A stretch of DNA of 64,000 nucleotides, taken from Antedon mediterranea (taxonomy: Eukaryota > Animalia > Echinodermata). The DNA is taken from positions 8,781,888-8,845,887 of the forward strand of contig NC_092676.1 in the NCBI RefSeq assembly GCF_964355755.1, written 5' to 3'. The notes under the pieces were generated by a model. That model worked only from the letters and a program-made list of their open reading frames with translations. It was not told where the DNA came from and did not search any database. Below, in pieces: positions 53,481-64,000 of this stretch. The position numbers were made by a program, and so were the translations under genes. How positions within the stretch are numbered: position 1 is the first letter of the stretch; each line of letters opens with the position of its first letter.

Positions 53481-54011
53481 GCTGTTGACTTCCTTTACAT
53501 GATGATCTTCCTGGCCCGGTAGGAGAGAGCACCTACTAATTGTCCAATCTTGGGCTGCATGTCAATCCACTGTGCGCATGTGAGAATATTGGGACCTCGG
53601 CACAAGTTTGATGGTTTTTCTAGCTATTTGCCACGATCAATGGCACATCGAATTGACTTTTTATCCCAATAATTGGTTCAACTTTTAAATGGAACATGTT
53701 GTAGATATGTTAATAAATACACACACACACACACCATGCATTATTTAATTTAGAAGTATACCAAATTATTGTCCCAAACATATAAAGCGTAATCTATGTA
53801 CTGAACAGTCAACAACTATAGTTAAAAAATGTTCTTTTTTTTTATTGGTTCATGATCATTATCTATATTAATGTAATAATTGTCTTCATTCTTTTCAAAC
53901 TATTTTACTTGCATCGTTAGGCCTATTACAATCATTACAATAGACGGGATATTGTATCGTCTGTGTAACCGAGGGGCGTTATTAAATTGTTTGTAGTAAG
54001 AACAACAAAAT

Positions 54012-54180
54012 CAGTGGCGTAACGCATAGACCTGAGGCCCCTGGTTTAGAAAACCAAGTTGCAACGTTGGAGGCCTCGGACGTTTTTAGCCTTTTCGGTA
54101 TGTATTTTATTGCCATAACCCCCCTTACCCCACAAGCCCATGGGTTTAGCCAGTGAGCGCTCATAGTCGTTACGCCACTG
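54012..54180. mobile_element. hAT-type MITE
   Basis: Perfect TIR CAGTGGCGTAACG...CGTTACGCCACTG. The 8-bp TSD AACAAAAT/AACAGAAT matches at 7 of 8 positions. Confidence 0.82.
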
Positions 54181-56715
54181 AACAGAATCCGTTAAATTAA
54201 AATTTTCTGAACTCATCACCTCCCCCACCCCCACCACCGAACAACCACTAACACATGCACTTCGTTTACTTCAGTAATTGAATGCGTTTTATTACTAACT
54301 CGGCTAGAACATCACATCAATAAGTAGTACAGCACAGTCATAAAGTTAAAGGAACCATAAATCAGCTAAATCTAAATCGATTCTACTTTCATTTCTCGTT
54401 CGTAGGTAATGATATTCCTTTTCGGCTGGAACACATTCCAGTAACTTTAATGTTATGTTAGATTGAATGCATTAGTAGCCATGTATACATAAAAGTAATG
54501 AACGATATAGATTTTGTAGCATCCTAACCCCTCCCAACCACACACCAGGCTGATAGAGTGGCCTGAAAGAAGGGTACGGTAGTCAATTATTGGCCGAAAT
54601 ATATAATTGTATAACAAAAGTGATTCATGTGTCATTATTATTAATTTATTAACCAAAATAATGGTATATCTGCAAAAAAATTGCAAAGAAGCTGATTATA
54701 ATTAGGTTAGCAAGTCACTTGTTGACGAGTCCATTTAAAATACTATATTATAATTGATATCATTCTGTATTTTTTGCCATGTAAATTACCATTTTGCTGT
54801 CCTGTACAAGTCACGTGAAACGGTGACAATGTCAACAAAATGTCTTTCTCAAAATGTAAAATGATTGGTTATCAGCTAACTGCCTTACAATGACCGATGT
54901 TCATCAAGATACTAAAGCGTTGTGTTTGTACCGGTATTATGTAATCATGTCTATTTCTCTTCCATTGGTGGTTGTATGGACCGGAAAATTGGTAAAAATG
55001 TAGGTTTACATTCAGTGGGCCCAAACCACGCCAGCCTTATGCCGTCGTACGTGTGAACGTAGGGTTCAAGAATTACTTATTTCGTTGTCCTTTTCTATTG
55101 AAGTATATATCTTAAGTTTCGATATAATTATATCTATAGATAGTAATTTTGATTGTAATTTTATTTCCTGTTTCTTTATAATAATATGTACCTTCTCGTA
55201 GATTAAGATCGAAACTCACATTCATGTTCCCTTTTAGGAGGGTGAATGTCTGTCAAAATGGATTGTTTTTTAGACTAAGTTAATTATATAATTCTCTTTT
55301 AGTTATAGATGATGGCCTTGATATTTTTTCAGATTCATTGAATCAGTTTAAGAACAAAGTGTTAAGTTTATTATAATTTTCAAATGCTACCTTATTATCT
55401 ATGTTTGCCATTTGTTCTTGTTTTGTGTTTACCCTCCTGTTATTGGCGAATTTCTTTTGCTGTTGGTTGGGTTTGGAAATAAAATAAATAAATAAATAAA
55501 TATTTAATATTTTAAATTAGATTCTAAAATTAAACACGTGTTTAAGTTAATTTATATTCATAATCTTGTCGTATATAATTGATTTTATCTGACCATTATC
55601 ACGTTCTCTAACACATTAGAGATGTCAAGAATTTGTTACACACTAGGTCTTCTGACATAAATGACAAATAGTCTGTCTTGAATGATTGATTGGTTACATG
55701 AATAATTTACTTTAGGTTACTATTTTGTATTCATTAATAAAAATAATGACTGATCGGTAAATAGGCCAAAGGCAAAATAATTGCTACAATTGTAGTTTTG
55801 CCATCATGGAAATGAGGAGATGTTCGACGAACGATCACAAGATACAGAATTACGCGGTTATAATAATAATATTTATTCGGTCACCAATGAAAAACTACCA
55901 GGAGTGAGAATAGGCTAAAGCATAGACAGATTCTGTACTCTATAGGCCTACAATACAAACAGTTTAAAATAACCGTAGGCCTATAACAAGTTAAATAAAT
56001 TAAACGACTTAATCTATTTGCTTGAGATTGCCAGCAACATAAATAAGTGGTTTTTGTTATTTTGAATCATTATTTTTACGTTATTTTATATTTGTTGTTG
56101 TCGTAAAAGGCATGCATGTAAGAACTTATCAGATTTTGTAAATCCACAGTGCGTGGTTTTGTTACATTTTTTGTGTGGAAATAACGTTACCTATACGGTA
56201 TATAATATAACAAAAAATTAAACAATTGTAGGCCTAATACAAATAAAACTATATTTATTAAATAAATTGTTTTGTTAGAGCAGACTTAAATATTGGAATT
56301 GTTTGTGAAACTTTTATGTCATTTTGGTATTTTGCTCATAGGAAAGGAAACAAATACAGACATATTATGAAATTCCAACGTAAAAGCCTACCCGGACATC
56401 TTTCACTAGTTTTAATATACTCATTGAGTACAGAACCTCAATGAGAGGAAAGTAACCGTTCAACACCGTAAATCTAAATAAAAGTTTATGTAAACAAGTC
56501 TTCGATAGGAAGTCTCGTACTTTAAATCTATAGGCCTATTAAATTAATAATGCATTAATGATAACACAGTTATTACGAAATGATCTTGGGCCTACGTGGT
56601 GCTTGAAGAATACTTTAATTCACATTCATTTACGTAATGACGTCAGTGATCTTTACAAGGGTCTTTTAAGAAAAAAAAAAACAAAAAAAAAAAAAACCTG
56701 CCATTAAAATGGCAG

Positions 56716-56961
56716 GTTTTTTTACCATATTTAATGATGAGGGTGATCCATCCAGCAATTGCTGATCATTAGGGACTCTCAGAGGTTCACACGACAAACA
56801 TAATAATGTACAAGATGCTCTACATAAACAAAGTCTTATTAGAAGTTTTTATGAGTGGAGTTGTAATTTTGTTCTTAGAAAAAAATATGTGAAGGAATTT
56901 GAACCCAGGACCCTTGGATTGGTAGCTAGCCATGGCATCATAACCACTAAACCACAACTCC
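56716..56961 (-). mobile_element. tRNA-derived SINE, tentative
   Basis: Minus strand GGAGTTGTGGTTTAGTGG (A-box) ... GGGTTCAAATTCC (B-box), then an L2-like 3' stem-loop (CAGCAATTGCTG) and an A-rich tail. Confidence 0.45.
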
Positions 56962-58261
56962 ACTAAGAGCAAACTATGTAGCTTTTTTTCGAAGAAAGAA
57001 AAATATAAATTGAATTTATAGTCCTCTATTGCCTATGGACAGCATTATATAGTGGCACTTTGAATGTTTATACGATCAAGACTGATGCTGTTTATCTCTC
57101 ACAGTCCACATCGATACTTTTATCGTCACTTTGTATCACTCAGTCAGACCTGCGTAATTATAAAATGCATATCTAATGATTTACCTCGTCTGCTTGCTGC
57201 TGCACACATACGCAATATTCTTTCATGTTGATGTTGGCTATAAGTAGACGAAAAAATTACCGCAACAAAATGTCATTTCGATTAAAAAGAAGCATAATGA
57301 CGGAATGAAACTATGTCGTTAACACACTTTAAAACTATTTCGTCAGTAACCTACGTGCGTGCGCGCACAAAAAACGTAAGTTATTAATGATGACGTAATA
57401 TATTCGTGATCGCACTTTGAAGCTGTTTATCGTAGTCATCACCTACGTGCGCCTACAAAAGGATATAAATTAGTTTAACCCACATTTACGTAATTGAGAT
57501 TATGTCATTATTTAACTTCATAATTAGAAAGCAGGGAGCATAAATTTATGACGTAGGCACGGGGCGAAGCAAAAACAAATTTTTGTTTATGCCTGTATGA
57601 ACTCAACATAAGTTATATTTAATTAATAATAATGTAATATCAGTTATATGCATCTGTACAAACATACCATTAGTTGATACATTTTGAACTACGGCTATCA
57701 TGTTAAAAAGCGCCGGCTTTGGTAAAATAATAGAAATGTTTCTTTAATGAAAACAATGTTATTTACACCAGGGAACAACGGAATTACACTCACTGTTTTT
57801 ATGTTTGTACTATTATCAAAGGCTTATCTTATGATTAGCCGAATTATTCGGAATCTTGAACTATTAATCACAATAATTTGGACAGCTTATTTTCTGGTTT
57901 AGTTGTCTGCTAATTAGATTTCTTTCTTGATCCGAATCAGACGTTTTATTTTCATTACAACAGCACATTTTACATTATTCTTCATTTGCGGTATCTTTAG
58001 CAGTTTGTTATTATTACCGGACATGTCTTTATCTAGGTCTGTGTCACATATTTTTCTTGTTTGAATCCAATAATAACTGTAGAGGCGGTACAGTGGGAGT
58101 ACAGGATATAAATTGATTTTTGAAACTTGCATTATAGGCCTAGTTAGTTTATTCTTATGATTTGCAGATAAAATGTTTTAGCACAATTTCTGTTTTTTTT
58201 TATTCAATTATCTTTAAAAGTTATCTTTTCTTTTTATTTAATTATTTACAGTAAATAATTA

Positions 58262-58444
58262 ATGCAAGAACGACTTTTATCAAGTGCGGAACAATCGCGT
58301 TTCACTGTAAAAACAAACGCATTTTTTATGAGAATAACGCAGAGGCGTTTCATAGTCCACGGCAACACCAAACAAAAACATAAAGCAAGCCGGCGGCGGT
58401 GGTGCGTTAAATCTTCGGTGGTGGTGATCAAGTTGTTTCTAAAG
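58262..58444 (+). CDS. ARM-like gene exon 1 (may be partly or wholly 5' UTR; alternative ATG at 58980)
   Basis: Open from ATG 58262 to AAG|GTAAAT, phase 0, in frame with the next exon. The peptide is not obviously protein-like. Confidence 0.4.
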
Positions 58445-61400
58445 GTAAATTATTCTTTTCTGATCACATTATAATTACACATTCGACGGATATCCCATTT
58501 GAATAGTTAGTGACCTAGGCTAACTAACCTCTCTCTATAATAAGGCCTACTAGCTAGGCCAGCCTACTAGGCTAGACTACTAGGCTAGTTTTATGCTCTA
58601 GGCCTAGCCTAGGCTAGGCCTAGCTAAGCCCTAGCTAGTATGCCTAGCTTTTAGTTATCCCTAGGGCCTATTAGCTAGGCCTAGGCCTAGTACCTATGCC
58701 TGCAGCCTAGCCTAATAATATAGGCCTAGTCTGTCCTAGGCCTTGGGTTGTAGTAGGCCTATGAATAAGGCTAACTAGGCTAGTGTAGGCCCTTTTAATA
58801 AGTGGAAATAAATTGAAATTGAAACATTCAATCAGTATGCAATTAATGTCGTTGATGTTGTTACTTTTTTATATATGTAGTACTGTATGTCTAGTGTATA
58901 CTGTCTGGCTGTACTGTCTATTTAGTATTGAAGTACTGAATTTAAAAAAAACAATATTATTCAGAATAAATTAAAAGCAATGTTTCATAAGCTTTTATCT
59001 GATGAAGTTGGAGTTCTCACTGGTAAAGGGTTTAAGAATCGATGCCATGATGATGATAAGCAAAAGAAAAACTACAAAACTGACACAGTCACGGATGTGG
59101 ATTTGTAAGTAGATATTTAAAATTTATTTTTAATCTTATTATTAACCCCAACTACCAACAATAAACGAAGACCTCTGTACTTATTAAAACAATTTTGATA
59201 CAAAAAAGCGCAGGTTAATTCTAAAATATTATATTTATAGTGGTGGAAACTTGACAGAAATGCTAACCAAGATAGATTCAATACAGCTGGATGTTGGCAC
59301 TACACACCCTCTATCTTCAGACTTATTGAGTACAACCATCAATACCAAGTGTTCATGCGGTGATGTCGAAAATCAGAGAACAAGAACTGCCTCAAGTTCC
59401 TCCGATTCAGATGACGAGGATGATATTGGTGTTGGAAAGATCATTGCAATGTTGACAGCGTACACGAGAAAACCTATGAAAAAAGACCGGTCTCCTGCTT
59501 TGGTCAATCTTGTGAATAGTTACAAACTGGGAAATGAAAGTTTACAATCGGCTCATATTCAACAGGTACTGTATTAAAGTGTATTAGTACAGTATTTAGA
59601 ACCTTTCCTATGGAACCTATTAATGGAACACTTTTGAAGTGAACAACAATAATATATGTTTTAGGTAATAATATTTACCTATATATACAGTAACATGTAT
59701 TATCGTTCACTTCACAAAAATTGATGTCCTATAGAATTTTAATAATCTGTGTGCTTTACTTGAGGCATAAACAAAAGTGCTTGATAAAAAAGCAGAGCAA
59801 AGTAAATACATGAATGACTATGAATATTTGCACTCTACAGCTATCCCTTATTCAAGAAACATCCACATAGGAGGACACCATGCACTTGCCAATTGTACGA
59901 CCCCCGGGAGAGGTGCGTCATGGGTGCATCATTTATAAATAATTATTAACGCAGGGGTGTGTCAAAAAATGTAAATGGTATTATGTCACATCAATGAATA
60001 ATGGTGTGTCAATTTCCGTCACTTTACCACCCGCTATATCATGAACAACATGGTAATTGTTCTTTAAAATAGGTGCGTGATGACCACCTAAAGGTACTGT
60101 ATGTCAATTTTTTTACTCAGGGGTGAGTCATGGCATACATAAGGTATGGCGCACATCGGACAAATGACGCACTTCTCCCGAGGGTTGTTTAGTGTGTCAT
60201 GACTATGCACTATATCCCTCTGATTGGTGTCCCCCAGTATCACCTCTTCCAATATCGAAAAACTTCTTTAGGATGGCCCAAAATATCTGGTTTTCTAGGA
60301 AGTCTGTTTTTTTTAAATAATTAAGTGATCACCTCTATAAATATAGTGGAAAAAAAAAATAATTGCAGTCATAATACGACCAATCCAAATTGTCATTTCT
60401 GGTTCAATTTCTATCAATCACAATTTTCAGAGAATTATTAAAATAGCATTTCCAAGAATGTATTAGAAATGGAATGTCCCTCTCAACAGAGTTAATTGTT
60501 TAAAGTATTTAATAATTTCATTATAAATATTCTGTTTAATTTTTAGCTGAAGCCTCTGCTTACAAGCAACAGTGTGACGGTTAAATCATGTACTCTGATG
60601 CTGTTGACCAAACTCAGTTTCCAAGAAACCAATGCTAAAATATTTTTGGAAAATAAATTTCTGGAAATGTTATTGGAGATTGTTAAAGAGCAGAATTTAT
60701 CAGTTTTTAAGGATGCATTAATCTGCATCAAGATGGTATAGTACATTTGTTTTTTTATTATTTTGTGAAATATTTTTTAATTAATAAAACGTATTGGATG
60801 AAAGAGCTGGAACTATTTCTTAACAAACAAAATGACTCAATCAAAACCAAACTGTTTTATAATTAACTAGATGAGGAGCCTACCTTTTTAGGCTTTTCAG
60901 TCTTGTAACTATTTTTTTAAAATATTCCCTGTCACCCTTTATTTTGTATTTTATATAATGGTTCTGAAAAGTCAAACTCTTTGTCATTAGATTTTGTTTT
61001 AAAGATCTCTTAATTCCATTTTGTTGTCTATTTACAGCATAACTACTAAACAAACTTTTAACTTTCTCTCTATTTCCATTTATTTACTGTATCTCTTTAT
61101 AAAGTACATGTTTTCTCCTTTTATCGATAAAATCATTCATCAAATTCTGTTTCCATTTTTATTCATCAATTATTTTCTCTGACCACTTTTAAATCTGTTC
61201 AACCATTCATCATTTAATCTATTTGGCTCTTCTGTCATGAATAATAAATTAAAAACATTAATAAAAAATCTGTTTTATAATGGAATATTTATAAATTAAT
61301 CCGGTAGTCTGGCAAACATTCATTCATGCGTGTGTCTTATTGATTTTTTTGTTATGCCATGATGAATGTAAATACAGTTTTGAAATATTGTAATTTTAAT

Positions 61401-63441
61401 TATGCATTTACTTTCTATTTCTTTATTCATTCATCTTCTGTTAAACTTAAGTTTTTCTGATGTTTTTGCAGCTAGAGAAATGTGAAAACTAGTACATAGC
61501 GGCAAACACTGGCTACTTTCAATTCATTTGTCAACAATAAATCATTTCAACAATAATACAGCTTTTACTTAGCAAAACTCTGGAGTCTACACACACAACA
61601 TGGCATACACCATACAAAACGCAGAGGTTGAGGCCCTGCTGTGTTTTAAATTTTGGAATTTGCTAGCTAATGTGAAAAAGCTATAATTCGGAAGGACGTA
61701 ATATAAGTTTGTTTTAAATTTAAAGGAATTGAAAGTAGTAAATAAATGATATCTTTAATCAATTTTCAGCTTGTCAGTCATGTTGAACTTAGTGATTGTT
61801 GGATGTTATTGATGATCAAACAAGGACTGCCGTTGTTACTTGACATGTTGCAATCAAATTTTGGTAAAGTTTTACTCGAAGCAGCTACAATGATCTTGTG
61901 CGCCCTCGCTCACCACCATGAAATTGCAGTGTTACTAGTTGACCACGGTATGCACGTAATCATGGAAGCATTACGTAAAGTTCCAAAACTTCGGGTAAGG
62001 AAAAATAATTTCTAATTTGTTCTTAAACATGGTATTTAGCGGCATATGTTCGAAAAAAGTATTTCCCTTTCAAATATGACCTTTAAACTTTTCAGGAACC
62101 TGTTATAAGAACATTTAGACAAGTTATAGCCCACAATGATCAGTTGATGGCTGCAGTAATAGATGTAAACATCTTCAGAGAATTTGACATAGCTCTTAGA
62201 GTTGAACCATGGTAAGACAATTTTCCTTCTACAGTTGGTTGCGTAATTTCATACACTAAATTCTCGTAAAACTGGACATTCTGGAGCTGGCCTACTTTGT
62301 TTGGTTTTCCAAAAAATGTGGTGTTCCCAATGTGTTTTAATGAAAGAAGAATTTTAGATTTGGACCTCAGCAACAGTCTGGTTTTGAGGAGTAACAGCTG
62401 TTCATGATTATAAACCAATTTTTTGGTTTATTTGAAAATATAGTTATTATAAATTTTTAAACAATTCTATTGACAGCTGTGAACAAATATCAGCAATGGA
62501 ATTCTGCCACCAGCTTTGTCAAGAATCTTACGGGATAGCATGTTTACTGGAAGAAGATAAATTAAAGTTATTATGTGACCTTATTCGAACGACCAATTGT
62601 GTGTAAGTATAATTTCATCAGTGACGTTAACAACTGTACACAGGTGTGTGAGCTGTAACCTTTCATTGGCAATATATATATATATATATAGCATTGTTTG
62701 TGGATATTTTGAAGAAGAAGAAGATAACTTGAGAAAGCATAATTTGCATTACAATATTAACACTCTGAATTTTTCTTGCAGAAAAGTGAGAGCTTTAGGT
62801 GTAAAGGTGATTCATTCTTTGCTCAAATGTCAAGATACTAACATTCTCAAAGAAACTATCATCCAGGTAATGTTGATATGCTGGAAGCATGTGGTCAATT
62901 TATCGTTTATTGCAGAAATATTATTTCTATAAAGTATTATCTAGTAATGAATGAATGCATCTATATATAGATTAGTCAAGTCCACTGTCAAGATGACCAC
63001 ATGGTAGAGGTACCTAATTTCAGGAAGATGCATCAACACAGTTGTCTTGGTACAAAGAAAAAAGAAACTTTGACAAGAACAGAGAGAGGTATTATAAGCC
63101 TAAGCAAGCTGTTGGTTCACCTGTTATACAAAGAAGGTACAGAATGTCTTTTTATAATTTGTTAAAAGTTCATTACTTTCATCACGCCAACAATTATTTC
63201 TTGGAAGTTTTACAAAACAATGCAACAGTTGAACCAAGTATATAATTAAACTTAAAATATATTTTAAAGGAAAGATATCATTTGACTTCAAAGGGAAGTT
63301 GCAAACAGTTGGCTACAGACCAGCAAATGATCCTTATGCTATTATGTCTGACGTTGTAGCATGTGTGTACTTGGTCTGTACTCTGCCATTAAGTCGCTCA
63401 AGAAAAATAACTACAAGCTCAAAGAAAGTCATATTTCCATG
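58262..63441 (+). CDS. Multi-exon gene (>=10 exons, ~575 codons so far, 3'-incomplete): uncharacterised ARM/HEAT-like helical repeat protein
   Basis: Manual splicing of 58262-58444, 58965-59104, 59241-59565, 60547-60735, 61770-61994, 62096-62211, 62477-62602, 62782-62866, 62971-63136 and 63270-63441. All introns are GT-AG, all phases are compatible, and there are no stops. Segments such as GLPLLLDMLQS..VLLEAATMILCALA are ARM-like. Confidence 0.85.
58510..58790. repeat. AGGCCT/CTAG-rich low-complexity tract in first intron
   Basis: Dense TAGGCCTA/CTAG words starting ~65 bp after the donor at 58445. Confidence 0.8.
58965..59104 (+). CDS. ARM-like gene exon 2
   Basis: TTCAG| NKLKAMFHKLLSDEVG...DVD |GTAAGT, ends phase 2. 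Confidence 0.8.
59241..59565 (+). CDS. ARM-like gene exon 3
   Basis: TTATAG| GGNLTEMLTKID...SSSSDSDDEDD...AHIQQ |GTACTG. Confidence 0.85.
59898..60187. mobile_element. Intronic TIR MITE
   Basis: CGACCCCCGGGAGAGGTGCGTCAT ... ATGACGCACTTCTCCCGAGGGTTG, with internal GGTG(C/T)GTCA repeats. Confidence 0.7.
60547..60735 (+). CDS. ARM-like gene exon 4
   Basis: TTTTAG| LKPLLTSNSVTVKSCTLMLLTKLS...ALICIKM |GTATAG; 189 nt. Confidence 0.85.
61770..61994 (+). CDS. ARM-like gene exon 5
   Basis: TTTCAG| LVSHVELSDCW...KVPKLR |GTAAGG; 225 nt. Confidence 0.88.
62096..62211 (+). CDS. ARM-like gene exon 6
   Basis: TTTCAG| EPVIRTFRQ...LRVEP |GTAAGA. Confidence 0.85.
62477..62602 (+). CDS. ARM-like gene exon 7
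   Basis: TGACAG| CEQISAMEFCHQLC...LIRTTNC |GTAAGT. Confidence 0.85.
62782..62866 (+). CDS. ARM-like gene exon 8
   Basis: TTGCAG| KVRALGVKVIHSLL...ETIIQ |GTAATG. Confidence 0.85.
62971..63136 (+). CDS. ARM-like gene exon 9
   Basis: ATATAG| ISQVHCQDD...LLVHLLYKE |GTACAG. The acceptor is weak, but the frame is open and compatible on both sides. Confidence 0.7.
63270..63441 (+). CDS. ARM-like gene exon 10
   Basis: TTTAAAG| KISFDFKGKLQ...KKVIFP |GTATGT. Confidence 0.78.
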
Positions 63442-63518
63442 GTATGTTTAGAAACCTTCACAGTTAAAATATTACTACAATAGAACTGCTTCTTTGGTAC
63501 ACCTCTGAAGCTTCAAAA

Positions 63519-63955
63519 GACAACATCTCACAGGACAACATCTCACGAGAAAACACCTCACAAGACAACATTCTCACAAGAAAAAACCTCATACAGGAAT
63601 AGTGTATAACATAGAGGAATTTTTTTTTCTTTCCTTATACTATTATATATAAAATGCAATGGTAGGAGTGAGATATCAGTTGTACTGAAAGTTAGTTAAT
63701 GTCAATTATATTGTATTGTATCATTACATTACTCATGTGCTCAATGTACTCATTGTAAACGAACATTTTATTGATGAAGAAATAAAAGTGGGTCGATCCT
63801 ACATAAGACAAAAAAAAAAAAAAACCTCATATGACAACATCTCACCAGAAAACACATCACAAAACAACATCTCACAAGACAACACCTCACAAGACAACAT
63901 CTCACAACACAGAACCTTATAAGAAAATACCTCACAACACAGCATCTCACAAGGC
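63519..63955. repeat. Degenerate ~15-bp minisatellite (ACAACATCTCACAAG) in two blocks
   Basis: Blocks at 63519-63597 and 63822-63955. Confidence 0.75.
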
Positions 63956-64000
63956 ACTCAGTATTTGATAATTCAATCAATAAACTCAATTATTGATTAA

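Noticed and set aside
2479-54180. Five MITE families each present as an inverted pair, suggesting an old large inverted duplication around the GPCR
   Set aside because: The pair positions are not collinear, most copies have their own TSD-like flanks and the surrounding sequence differs. Family B copies are all in the same orientation. This fits independent insertions.
54840-55060. Possible promoter (ATTGG x2, CCGGAA)
   Set aside because: Short motifs only, with no linked exon I can support.
56691-56722. Rho-independent terminator-like hairpin with T-run
   Set aside because: The context is eukaryotic, with no upstream prokaryotic gene. It is more likely a by-product of the adjacent poly-A/SINE tail.
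56890-56961. Functional tRNA gene
   Set aside because: A and B boxes are present, but I cannot fold a convincing cloverleaf. Treated as a SINE head.
62916-62970. Alternative stronger acceptor (TTGCAG at 62915) for exon 9
   Set aside because: It gives a 49-nt intron and an in-frame stop after 12 codons. The 62971 acceptor keeps the frame open.

Overview
AT-rich eukaryotic (metazoan) genomic DNA. It is probably from a marine invertebrate deuterostome such as an echinoderm, but that is inference from composition and repeat types. It is not prokaryotic: I see no operons, CRISPR, rRNA or intact tRNA. Two host genes are supportable. (1) A minus-strand class A GPCR of the bombesin/GRP/CCHamide/endothelin receptor clade, with its whole coding region in one exon (34460-35563). 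(2) A plus-strand spliced gene whose 10 GT-AG exons I joined by hand in frame (58262-63441, continuing past the window end); it encodes an uncharacterised helical, ARM/HEAT-like protein. The rest is dense with transposon debris. A 4.9-kb long-TIR element (5524-10456) splits a Rex1/Babar LINE and carries nested insertions. A CR1/L2 RT pseudogene sits inside an 83-bp-repeat TIR element. A decayed MADF-domain (Harbinger ORF1-like) exon lies at 51807-51993, and there are many Harbinger-, hAT-, Kolobok-, CACTA- and Tigger-type MITEs. A young 20 x 57-bp tandem array appears to have grown out of a Tigger-like MITE. I found no evidence for a wholly new multi-gene system. The most interesting items are the nested element, the MITE-derived satellite, the divergent intronless receptor, the orphan ARM-like gene and the AGGCCT/CTAG tracts next to first exons.
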